This document shows, piece after piece, positions 24,273 through 37,395 of a stretch of 64,000 nucleotides of DNA. Made by a program: the position numbers and the translations under genes. Source of the stretch: Paraspadella gotoi (Eukaryota; Animalia; Chaetognatha). Location: positions 26,328,758-26,392,757 of the forward strand of contig CM119263.1 of assembly GCA_051294375.1 (NCBI GenBank), written 5' to 3'. Under the pieces are notes generated by a model, which worked only from the letters and a program-made list of their open reading frames with translations, had not been told where the DNA came from and made no database searches. Positions within the stretch are counted from its first letter, which is position 1. Each line of letters begins with the position of its first letter.

Positions 24273-25691
24273 CTTTTTTTATCCCCTTACTGCTTTCTTT
24301 CTTATTTCTTTCCTTTTTTGATTTATTCGTGATTTATTAGCCTCGAGGGATTTTCTAAAAGCGAAGATGATCATAAAAGACTTACTCAGAGTAGATTCTC
24401 CGGAGACAAGGCGTAAAAAACTTACCCCATCATCGGCCGAAGATAAGATTTACCCGACGCACTTTAAAAAGGTTCAAGAGAATAACTCCAGTCAGTTAGG
24501 ATTTTACCGAATATTATTGAGAGATCATTAATGTAACCAATTATGATGACACGAAGAAATATTAACGAAGTAATTTTCGATTTTCTCTGATTGATAAATA
24601 TTCAAAACTTGTGAATTTACTTTGTTTGACTCCGTTCAAATTTAGCCTTAGCCTTATCCAATATATTTATACATGTTTGTTTTAAACTAAACGGTTTTTT
24701 CTCTCTGACTCCGATCTCTAATCAACCACTCATTCCCTCTTAACTTTTATTCTCTCGTCAACTGCTCCTGACCCTAAGCCTTTTCTTCCCAACTTTCCCC
24801 CCTCTCGATCTAAGTGGTCCCGTTTCACGAATGAACGGATTCCGCGATTCGGTCGCTTTTAAGTCATTCGATCGTTCGATCGAAAAGTCGCGACCACCGA
24901 AGGAGGAGTTTATGGATTCCGTCGTTCATTCTTAGATTTTCGATCTTCCATCCTCGATTTTCGATATTTTTCACTTTCATTTTGATCTTATAATTTTACT
25001 CTTCGACGTCTATCGTTGATCTTCCATCTTATATTTACTATCGTTGATCTTCTATTTTCAATCGTCTGTCTCTTATCTCTATCGATGTATAGTCGCATCG
25101 CACAAATGAGACTAAAACCGGAAAACGTTGGGTAAGTGGTAAATGATTGTACCGTTTCACTAAATCTGCGTACGTAATTGTTGAGCTTGTCTGCTAACTT
25201 TAAACTTTTAACTTAGACCCTGATTTGTCGCGATATAATATCGTCAAGCATTAAAAAATACTACAAAATAAGCAATAAAGTAAAACTAATGTGTTAAAAA
25301 TATTATGAAAAATTTTTAACTGAATTATTTCGTGTATTTCGTCTGAAATTAGAAGGGAATATTTTGTGACAGATGGCAGCGACCTCTTTTTTCATCAATT
25401 TCCGCCAACGCCTTTCAATTATCTTCCGTTTCTCCGTTTTTTTTCTAGTAGAGATCTTGTTTCTTTCTCGTTTCCATATGTTTTTTTTGACGATCTACTT
25501 CTGACGAAAGTATTAATTAATGTTTGCTCTCGCGCGCGGTGCGGACGAAAAACGAAACTCTTTATATTCTGCAAGTTTGTTTTTCTACTTAAATCGGTTT
25601 CTCTCTCTCTCTCTCTCTCTATCTCTCTTCTCACATCTTTATCTTCTCTCTCTCTCTCACTACTCTCTCTTCTCTCTCTCTCTCTCGCTTC

Positions 25692-25726
<35 letters not shown>

Positions 25727-26291
25727 CATCCTCGTCTCTCTCTCACTTTTACTGTATGTTTGGTCTCTCAACTTTTTCAATACCATTTCCCCTTTCCTTT
25801 CTGTCTGCACTTCTTCTTGTGCACTCTCAATTTTCCCCCAGACGGCAGTCCTCCAATTGCCAAGGCAACCAATTCCACGAAACGCGCCGCTCCTCCTCCT
25901 CCTCCTCCTCATTTTTCTCCTCCTCCTCTTTTTTCTTTTTCGCGTCCCTTCCTTTCCTTTCCTCCATTCTCCTTTGGCTCATGGACATGAAAGGAAGGCG
26001 CGTCCCAACCGAAGACGAGAAAGAAATATGGGGATTTAAAACTTCAAAGAAAAAAAAAGAAAGAAGATTTTTTCTTAAAAAAGAAAAAAAATATATTTTT
26101 TTGTGGATGATAGATAACCTTTACGATTTTCTATATTTAATTTTACGTCGATAAAAACAAAAATATAAAATTAAAATGACAACAACTATTAAAACGGACA
26201 ACAAAGTATATCGCAGCCAAAGACCTAAGCACAATCCTTAAAAAAATATTTATAGCTTTTTCTTCACCAATGATTTTCCTGCTGAGTAAAG

Positions 26292-26415
<124 letters not shown>

Positions 26416-27262
26416 CGTGCTTTGTTTACTCTTTCCGCCATTTTGATCTCGATTTTCCTTCGTCCCGGCGTCGCGTCATCCGCCTTCGAGCTCCGGTTTC
26501 CTCCAGCGCCGGTTCCACCCGTCGATTCCATCTCAGCGCCGTCGGGAAAGACGAGCGCCGCGTCATTAGCGCCGGAAAAAATGCGGCGCGGATTTGGAAT
26601 CCTAATTCTGTGTGAGCTTCGCAGCGACGATGAAGACGAAACGATGAGGAAGACGAAAAATAAAGAATAACAGCGACGACGATGACGAAAAAAACAACAG
26701 AGAAAGACCATGGGATATTTAAGGACAAATAAGGACAAATAATGTCCTTATAAGCTTCTTGCTGACGACGACGACGACGACGACGACGACGAAGACGACG
26801 ACATTAACGTCGATTTTTCTTACGAGATTTTGACGCTCGTTTTTCAGGAGTAAGAAAACGAGATGAGGATGACGACGACGACAAAATTACGTTAAAAAGG
26901 AAGACAACGACGATAACGAAGAAGTCGACGATTAAGACAATTAAAACAAAAACGACGAAACAAAAACTGTTTCGGCGAAAATCAAAAGAAAACAAAGTCA
27001 ACAAAGACAAGAACAACAATAACGACGATGACGCGCGAACCTCAACGATGGAAGCTTAATCAACTCGTGAATGTCAAATAACAATTCGTCGGTATTTTCG
27101 TTCTGTATTAATAAACGTGACCTATGTAAAGCTGTTTAATTGCCGAATATGATCCACATTTTCTGAAAACGAAAAGAAAATCTTGATTAAATTAATTTTT
27201 TGGTTTTCTTTTCATAGGTGTTTAAAAAATTGAGTATTTCGTCCTCAAAAAGGATAATTGTT

Positions 27263-27368
<106 letters not shown>

Positions 27369-27491
27369 CCGCATTACTCATTATTTTAACTTTATTCTTT
27401 TATTATTTCCAAATTTGCTTTTCTGTCACCTAGGACCACCCGTTTCGCCCTTCTGCTGAAATGGTTTCGCAAAACCGCACATCTCTCTCTC

Positions 27492-27540
<49 letters not shown>

Positions 27541-28993
27541 TCCTCATCTATCTCTCTCTATCTCATCTCTCTCTCGTCTCTAATGAAGTCTGGCCAAAAT
27601 ACTCTCCTCTTTAATTTGAGCTAGAGCCTCTCAAATTCTTCGCTTCCACCATTTTTTTTTCAATTTTAATTGAAAGGAGAAAAAGAACTTTCGCGTTGGA
27701 GTGAGATTTCGGAGGGAAAAGAATAAAAAGAGAAATGATCTACGTCACCTTTTTAAAAAATAGCGTGAAAATAACATATAAAAAGGAGCTAAAAAAATAA
27801 AAGTTTACATGTTGCCATGTAAAACTTTTTTAAATCAATCAGAAGAGAAAATATAGATGTCATTAGTAGTAGAAAGAATGAAGAAGACTACGTCGAACGA
27901 ATTAAGTCTTAACATCAAATATAAAAAGAAAGAAGGTAAGAAAATATAAAGAAAGTGATAGAACTAATAAAGAATTGTGGTCAGTAATATGACGCAAAGG
28001 GTTTTAAAAGAAAAAGGCGAAATAATAAAAGATAAAAAAAGAAAGAAAAAAGTAAACAGAGAGAATAAAAGGAAAAGAGGAAAAGAAAAAGAAAAGAAAA
28101 AGGGACGCGTCCCAGGTTCCATTTTTATTTGTTGTTTTCTTCGCCTCCGTCGCAAAATTAAGACGCGACTTTTTCTTTCTGTTTCTTTTCCTTTTTTTCC
28201 CCGTTTTTTGTTTGTTATTTTTAGTCTGTTTTCTGTTCGTTTTTTCTCTGTCTCATATTCTATTTTTCTTTCAATTTTGGGAACGTCTGATATTCCGTAA
28301 TTTTTTTTTACTAATTATCATTATTATTATATTCTGAATTCTTTGATTTTATTACATCTTTCTCATATTATTCTCATTTTTCATTTTCCACAAATTTTGT
28401 TCATTATTTTTATTTCATTTTCCTCAGAGACAACTTCATTTTTCTTCTTCCTTTATTCCATTTTAATTTCATCTTCATTTTTTCCTCTGTTTTTCTTTCT
28501 CGTCGATCGAAGCGAACAAAACTCGGAAGTTTTCGAAAATTAAAACGGAAAACAATTTCGAGAGAAGATCGAATGACAACGACGACGACAATGACAATGA
28601 CGACGACAACGACACGACATGGTTTGTTTTCTGCAGACTGTTTCTTTTTTTGTTTTCTTTTTTTTTCGCCGAGGTATTTTCCTTCTCGTTTTATGTTTTG
28701 TCGAAGCCAATCTGTCCCACATTTTTGCGCCACTCTGTTCCTCCGTCCCGTCTGTCTATTTCTATGTCTCTCTGTCTTTCGCTGTCTCTCTCTCTGTTTC
28801 TCTGTCCGTCTGTTTCTCTTTAAATTTCTGCATCCATTCTTTTTTTTTTTTTAGGTGAGTTCGTTCTCGCTCTTTCTTTTTGTCGTTACTTTCTCCGATC
28901 CGCGCTTCTCCTACCATTTTTCCTACACTTTGCTTCTCTTCGTCCTTCTCTGCTTTACGTGGCTATCCCTTCTTCCACGTCGTCTCCTCTCTT

Positions 28994-29067
<74 letters not shown>

Positions 29068-30436
29068 AGCCCCTTCCATCCCTTTTCGCATTCAAGGCAG
29101 AACAGCCTTAGTTTCGCTTCACTCTCTCTCTCTCTCTCACTCCATTTTTTTTCTCTTTTTCTTTTTCTGTTTCATCTTTATTTTTTTCGCTTCTCCTTTC
29201 ATCTTTTCTTCTCTTAACCCTTTTTTTCATCGCTCCGTTTTAGGAGAAGTCCGTCAACCGTTCCAGAAATAGTTTTTCATGTTTCACTTCACGTACATTG
29301 TTTCAATGTCGTCGTACAATGTAGTAGTAGTAGTGTTTTTGCGTGGTTATTCATTAATTTTTCGAAGTTTGATTTAAAATGATAAAAAGATTACTTGTTA
29401 ACTTTCATTGCTTTCGGGTATTAAAACTTTCATCACTAATGGGAGTGGTCATTTTATCCAATTAAATCCGTTAAAAAACATACTTCATCACTTCATTGTG
29501 AGGAAAGTCAAGCACTCTAGGAATGAAGGAAGGAGTTTCGATTGAAAGCTTGCGGGGTTCTGCAATGTTATAATCTTGCACGAGGGATGGTGGCTTTAAC
29601 CCTTGCAATGAATGGATAAATAATTTTTGTATTGGTTGCAACAATTTCACAGTGTAGTTTCTTCTAAAGTCAGTTTTTTATGTTTTGTTTAAATTCCTTT
29701 TCTTAACCTTAAGTGTATACTATCCATTATCCAATTTCCATCTCCATTTTCGTTGTGCATTTTTTTCGTCTTAAAGCCGAACTTACCTCCGCGATTCTCC
29801 TGTCAGAAACTCTTCTCTTTACCTTTTCTCTTTTCTTAGTCTCGTGGGTTTGTTTTTAAAGATCTTCTTCGCTTTCAGGCACTCTCTCTCTCTCTCTCTC
29901 TCTCTCTCTNNNNNNNNNNNNNNNNNNNNNNNNNNNNNNNNNNNNNNNNNNNNNNNNNNNNNNNNNNNNNNNNNNNNNNNNNNNNNNNNNNNNNNNNNNN
30001 NNNNNNNNNNNNNNNNNNNNNNNNNNNNNNNNNNNNNNNNNNNNNNNNNNNNNNNNNNNNNNNNNNNNNNNNNNNNNNNNNNNNNNNNNNNNNNNNNNNN
30101 NNNNNNNNNNNNNNNNNNNNNNNNNNNNNNNNNNNNNNNNNNNNNNNNNNNNNNNNNNNNNNNNNNNNNNNNNNNNNNNNNNNNNNNNNNNNNNNNNNNN
30201 NNNNNNNNNNNNNNNNNNNNNNNNNNNNNNNNNNNNNNNNNNNNCCCCGCCTTCATTTTCGGCCTTCTATCCTACTTTCTATCCTCTACTATCCTCCATT
30301 CTATCTCCCACCGCCCAGAACCGAAGTTCGCGCTGAGATGGAACGCTTTCTTTCCAGGTGCCATTCTCTCTCATCCTTTGTGCATTCCACCGTCCCGTTC
30401 CGTTCTCCTCAGCGATGGAGCCATTCTGCTCCAGTT

Positions 30437-30469
<33 letters not shown>

Positions 30470-31300
30470 NNNNNNNNNNNNNNNNNNNNNNNNNNNNNNN
30501 NNNNNNNNNNNNNNNNNNNNNNNNNNNNNNNNNNNNNNNNNNNNNNNNNNNNNNNNNNNNNNNNNNNNNNNNNNNNNNNNNNNNNNNNNNNNNNNNNNNN
30601 NNNNNNNNNNNNNNNNNNNNNNNNTCGCGTGCCGCGACGTCTTGATGGAACTTTTTTGATGGAACTTTTATCCATCTCATCTCGGGGTTTTTAAGGCCTG
30701 TCATCCCCATTCTTCCAAACTTTGCGTCGCCTCCTATTTGCGACGCGAAATCAGAAATTGGGGCGAGCGACAGAGAGATATGGCGAGAGAAAAAAAAGAG
30801 AAAAAGAAAAAAAGGAACGCGAGAAACAGAAAATTGATTTTTTTCTTTTCGTCGGACTTTCAATCCATAATTCCAGAATTTTTTTTATTTTTCTACCATG
30901 GAGATCACGTTTCTTTCTCTCTCTCAATCCCTATTTCTCTCTCTCTCTCTCTCTCTNNNNNNNNNNNNNNNNNNNNNNNNNNNNNNNNNNNNNNNNNNNN
31001 NNNNNNNNNNNNNNNNNNNNNNNNNNNNNNNNNNNNNNNNNNNNNNNNNNNNNNNNNNNNNNNNNNNNNNNNNNNNNNNNNNNNNNNNNNNNNNNNNNNN
31101 NNNNNNNNNNNNNNNNNNNNNNNNNNNNNNNNNNNNNNNNNNNNNNNNNNNNNNNNNNNNNNNNTCAGATTTTTCAGAATGAATTTCTCTATTTTTCGTC
31201 TCAGCTTTAGGGTTAAGAAACGATGTGGAGGGCACAGTGGCACCATTCGATATAATTTCGAATAAATAGTAAAAAATCAGGCGTTAAAAGTAAAATAATT

Positions 31301-31380
31301 AAACAATTATTTCATGCAACTGTTTTTAAACAATTATTTTATACAACTGTTTTTAAACAATTATTTTATACAACTTTTTT
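31301..31380. repeat. 27-bp tandem repeat, 3 copies
   Basis: aaacaattattttatacaactgttttt-like units at 31301, 31328 and 31355. Confidence 0.9.
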
Positions 31381-31636
31381 TAACTTTTCAGAAAAATATT
31401 TTGCGAATGTCAGGATAGAGGAAGCGTCAACTTTCAAAAATTGGCGAATGTGCCTTCAACGTTTGTCAAATTGACGAGTTTTTGTGAATTTCGTACAATT
31501 TTTTTTTTCTGGTAAAGTTTATTTTCTCGTTAATTAAAAAAATCTGTATTAATTAATTGGCGAGACTTTTTCGTCATCTCTCCCTCCTTATTCTTGGTAT
31601 TTCTTCTTTAATAGGATTACTTTATTTTACTTCCTT

Positions 31637-31843
<207 letters not shown>

Positions 31844-33188
31844 TTTAGATAATTTTTTTAAAATTCAAATTCCAACAGTTTAGGGTAGAAAAAAATGACA
31901 AATATCTAATATATCGCCGAAATATTCGAAAATAAATTCTCCGCATATACTTTTAATTACGAGAGAAAAAGTAAGAGAAAAGACGAATGTACGTAACTGA
32001 ACTCCCTACTTTGTGTTGTTATTTATTCCCTGAATTTTATATACTGTCATTATTTTTATAAACGTTACTTATTTTTAAATGTATTTAAGAAATTATTTGG
32101 AATCACAGGGGGGAGGATATCGATTTGTCACGATTATTTTTTCTTCACAATTTAAAAAAAAATTAACATGATTTTTTTGCAATAACGTGGTTACTCCATT
32201 AGCAAGAAATATGAAAATAATTTATTGTTGATCTTATTTTTTTAGTGATATAAAGATAACTGATATAAATTTTTTAAAGCAAAGATGAATTATATGAATG
32301 TTTAGCAGTTTAATTTTAGTTATTTGTTTCTATCGTTAATTGTAAAATTTATTTTAGCTTTTCATGAATATTTAAATGTACATAAAATCAGAGTTCTATA
32401 ATATCCTTATTAGTAAACAGAAATATTAATTTTAAATTGTAAAACTAAAAAAACTAACTTTTTCATATTAAAACTGTAAAAGTAATCCCCAATGCGAAGC
32501 CGGCAAATATTGATTTCCGCTCGACGTGAAATGATTCACGCTTCGCCAGAAAAGAGTTCACACCCACAAAAGAACCAAATCACGCGAAAAAATCGTTAAA
32601 ATTTTCCAAGATTTTTTCGCCTCAGTTTTCGAGATAAAAAATAAATAAATAAAATGGTTGGGGAAAATACGACGACGACTTCGGCGGTGGGAAAATCTAC
32701 TCGGGTCCAAAGATAAATACTTTAAAAAATAAAGAAAAAAGACTGAAAAATATTCTATAATTCTAATGGCTTTAAACACTTATATTTATTCTTTAAAATT
32801 GCCAATTCTGCTCCAATTTTCAAAACGGAAAGCAAATTTCGTTCACAAATTCGTATCAAATTTCGTTTCGCGTTAGGGTATTGAGATTTGAGTGAGAGAA
32901 AGTGAAAGAGTTTTTGGCGCCAAAATTTAAATTCGCCCAACAAAAGCGCTGTTTATTTTTTTCAAAATAGAAAAAAAAAAGAACATAGGATTCGGGTCGA
33001 GGTTTTTATTCGGACGTCTCACGAATCATCCAAACACTTCGTCGACTCGAACGAAAGAAAGTAAAAAATAAGATTGATAGAAAACAGAGAGAGAGAGACA
33101 GAGAAACTCGAAAAATCTGAATGGAAAGGAAAGGAAAACGCGAAAACTATTGCCCGAATAAATTCCTAGAACTCGCCAAATTTACGAG

Positions 33189-33220
<32 letters not shown>

Positions 33221-33254
33221 CTCTTCTCTCTCTCTCTCTCTCTTCTCCTCTCTT

Positions 33255-33760
33255 TTTCGTAAACTTCAATTCAACGCAAGGGTAACAACCCCTTTAGACC
33301 ACGAGGAGGCGACCTCTTACGATTCATTTATGCAAATGAGTTTTTCCGGCACATTCAGATCGGCCGAGCCTCTTCCGCGTGAACCTTGGGAGTGGAGACG
33401 AAAAAGGAAGCCGCTTCCTTTCCTTTCCTTTCCTCTCTTTTTCTTCCTTTCCTTTCCTTCTATCCAATTTCATTTCCTTCCTTTCTTCTTTCCTTTCCTT
33501 TCTTTCTTACCTTGTACTTTCCTTTCTTATTCCTTTCATTCTCTATTTTTATTTCTTTTTTTATACTTTTATTCAAACTGGCTATATGGTCTTTATTCTC
33601 CCTTCCCCTTAAAATACACATCTTCCTTCTATTTTTTTATATTTCTTTTCTTCTTAAAGAACCAGATGAGCATTGAGCAAATCAAGTCAATCTGCCAATA
33701 AACTAATGATTCATCGACAAATTCAAATTTCCCTCCTTTTGCGCTTATTTTTCTGGTAAA

Positions 33761-33816
<56 letters not shown>

Positions 33817-34346
33817 CGCTAACTTTCAATTCAACGCAAGGGTACAATTACCCCATTTAGACCACGAGGAGGCGACTCTTACGATTCATTTATGCAAATG
33901 AGTTTTTCGCGGCACATTCAGATTCGGCCGAGCCTCTTCCGCGTGAAACCTTGGGAGGAGACGAAAAGGAAGCCGCTTCCTTTCCTTTCCTTTCCTCTCC
34001 TTTTCTTCCTTTCCTTTCCTTTTCTATCCAATTTCTATTTCTTTTCCTTTTATTTCCTTTCCTTTCTTTTTCTTTCCTGTACTTTCCTTTCTTATTCCTT
34101 TCATTCTCTATTTTTATTTCTTTTTTATACCTTTATCAAACTTGGCTATATGGTCTTTATTCTCCCTTCCCCTTAACACACATCTCCTTCTATTTTTTTA
34201 TATTTCTTTTCTCTTAAAGAAACCAGATGAGCCTTGAGCAATCAAGTCAATCTGCCAATAAACTATGTTCATCGACAAATTCAAAATTTCCCTCCTTTCG
34301 GCTTATTTTTCTTGGTAACTCTCTCTCTCTCTCTCTCTCTCTCTCT
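33255..34346. repeat. ~560-bp tandem duplication bounded by (CT)n tracts
   Basis: ttcaattcaacgcaagggt...gattcatttatgcaaatgag...gacaaattcaaa occurs twice; copies differ mainly by small indels. Confidence 0.85.
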
Positions 34347-35230
34347 NNNNNNNNNNNNNNNNNNNNNNNNNNNNNNNNNNNNNNNNNNNNNNNNNNNNNN
34401 NNNNNNNNNNNNNNNNNNNNNNNNNNNNNNNNNNNNNNNNNNNNNNNNNNNNNNNNNNNNNNNNNNNNNNNNNNNNNNNNNNNNNNNNNNNNNNNNNNNN
34501 NNNNNNNNNNNNNNNNNNNNNNNNNNNNNNNNTCTCCATCTTTCGTCTTCACGCAAAATTCAACGTCATTTCGGTGGCGGCGTATTTGACAAAAAAATAT
34601 TCAAAGACATTTTTCTTCATGAAGTCTTCTTCTTTTTTTTCTTCTTCTTCTTTATTTCTTCTTCTCCTTCCTCGTCTTCTTCCTCCCATCTCGTTTCCTT
34701 AAGTTGTCCAAGTGTAAACAAGTATTTTTTTTTCTTTGAAAAAACAAATTTTCGCGCCATTAAAATTCAAATCTTAACGATTCGAGGACGAATTAGCGAA
34801 TCATTGCGCGACGTTAATTTGACGCGACTTCATTTGATTAAGAATGACTTCGTAGCAGTTTTACGGGTTATTAAATAATATTAATAAAAATGTTTTTCAT
34901 GTGTTAATAATAAACCGATTTCTCTCAATTTTCAATTTTTTCCTCGTGATTTTATGAGAATTTCAGTGTAAAACTACTGGGTTTTAATATCCTCATCCTC
35001 CTCTTCATATTTATTTTCCTCCTCCTCCTCCTCTTCCTTCTCTGGGTCCACCTCCTCATCATCTCCCCTCTCCGGGTGGCCGACAATCTCCCGTTTCCTT
35101 TTTGGCTTCCTATTTTATTTTCTTCTTTTTTTTAAAGTTTTTTAACTCGAATTCGATACTTTTTACTTTTTTACTCTCATTTTTATTTCATTTTTAGTTT
35201 TCTCTCGTTTTTTTACTTCCTCTTTCTCCC

Positions 35231-35264
<34 letters not shown>

Positions 35265-36518
35265 NNNNNNNNNNNNNNNNNNNNNNNNNNNNNNNNNNNN
35301 NNNNNNNNNNNNNNNNNNNNNNNNNNNNNNNNNNNNNNNNNNNNNNNNNNNNNNNNNNNNNNNNNNNNNNNNNNNNNNNNNNNNNNNNNNNNNNNNNNNN
35401 NNNNNNNNNNNNNNNNNNNNNNNCTCTCTCCGTTTCCATTTCCATAACGTATTTTTCTTTCACTTAAAACTTTTCTTGTTTCTCTTTCTGTTAAGTCGTC
35501 GACGCGACGCGACGTCTCGTCGAGACGTAAAAACTACAATTGGATTATTCTCTTCTTTTATTTTATCTTTCAAGCGAAAAATACAGCAAAAAAAAATAAA
35601 AATAAAAAAAAGATAAAAAACAAAAAAATAAAAATAAAATGAAAGAACAAGACGACAAAGAAAATAAAGAAAGCCGAGACAAGACGACAAAAACGAAAAT
35701 AGGAATCGTAAAAATAACAAAATGGCAATTTTCTTTTCTCGTCCTCGTTTTAGTCGTCGATTTTTCCGCTCTTTTTTTCCATTTCCCGGAAATACTAATA
35801 CAACTATTTTAAAGTCATGACGATTTAATGTGACTTGCGTTTAAATAGAAATAAAGCGATTTTGCGATATTGGAAAAGTTTTTTAGGTCTTTGCGACGCC
35901 TAAACCTTATATATATATTTTTTTTTTTGTTGTGAAAATAAATAAATAAAAGAAAGAAAAACCATTTGCCAGGAAGTATGTATAGAATTAAATTTTTTAA
36001 CCTTCCTCTGGTTCAGATGCAAAGGATCACATTTATCATACAAACAGCATTTTAAATTAGATTCCCGTTTCTTTTAAGTCAACTCGCCATTAACCTGACT
36101 GAAATTACCCTTATATCGAATTTTATCAATATATTTTAACATCTGTTTTGATAAAACATTCACGACAGAAACTACTTTTCTTCACATTTATGCTTCATGG
36201 AACAAAAAATCAGTTCATCTCGAGTATTTTCAGTTGAAGGGAATTCAACCTAAGAATCTCCGAGTCTGAAACTAGTGGAAGAACGAAATTAAAAAAAAAT
36301 GAAAAGAGAAAAATTAAAGAAAAGTAAGACTTATAAAAAAAAAAAGATGGATCCTTAAACTAAAAGTTTTTTCCGCCCGAAAAGATTTTTAAAGAGAAAA
36401 AATAATAAATAGGAAAAAAAATTAATTCCTTCATTTTTGAAGGAAAAATTGAAGACGACGTTTGATATCCACTTTTTCACCTGAGGGCGTTGAAAGGAGC
36501 CTGGTTGGTGGGCCGTTT

Positions 36519-36573
<55 letters not shown>

Positions 36574-36795
36574 CAAACAAAACATGACGACCGGACCCTC
36601 TCACTAGACTATTCTTGAAAAACAAGATTTTTTTTTCTCCACATGAACAATAAATAATCCTTTATTCAAATAATCATTTACTATTTTTCTTTTTCCGACT
36701 TTAAATCGGTGCCATCAATCTCATCCCTCGATCACCCGTTCACCGTTGACTCGCTCGTTCACTCCTCTGGTTAGTCGCACTCTTACTCACAACTT

Positions 36796-36829
<34 letters not shown>

Positions 36830-37354
36830 TCTCTCTGTTATTTTTCACTAATTTTCTCTCTTCCTCCTTTCTTTTCATCTCTGCTTTCAACGAAAAGTTT
36901 ACTTTCTCTTTTTCAAGCCTTTTCTTTTTTATCTCATTATTTCTCTCTCTCTCCCTCTCTCTCTGTCTCCATCTCTCTCCATTCATACACCACCCATTTT
37001 CTCTCACCCTTTCCCCCTGCTTCTCTCTTCCTGTTACCCGCGTGCAAAACGATAACAAAAACTTCTCTTAGTCTTCGAAAATCGAAAGAGGGGAAATTTG
37101 AAAAGAAAGAAAGAAAAACAGAAGTGGAGAGAGAAAGAAAAAAATAAAAGAAAGAAATAAAGAAAGAAAGAATGAAAGAAAGAATGAAAGAAAGAAAGAA
37201 AGAAAAAAAGAAAGAAAGAAAGAAAGAAAGAAAAAGAGAAAGAAAGAACAAATGAAAAAAAAAGATAAGAAAAATTGAAAGAAAGAAATAAAAACAAAAA
37301 GCAAAGAAAGTCGAAAAAATCTCGAATCCTTTTCTAAGAAAAACAATTCGCCCG

Positions 37355-37395
<41 letters not shown>

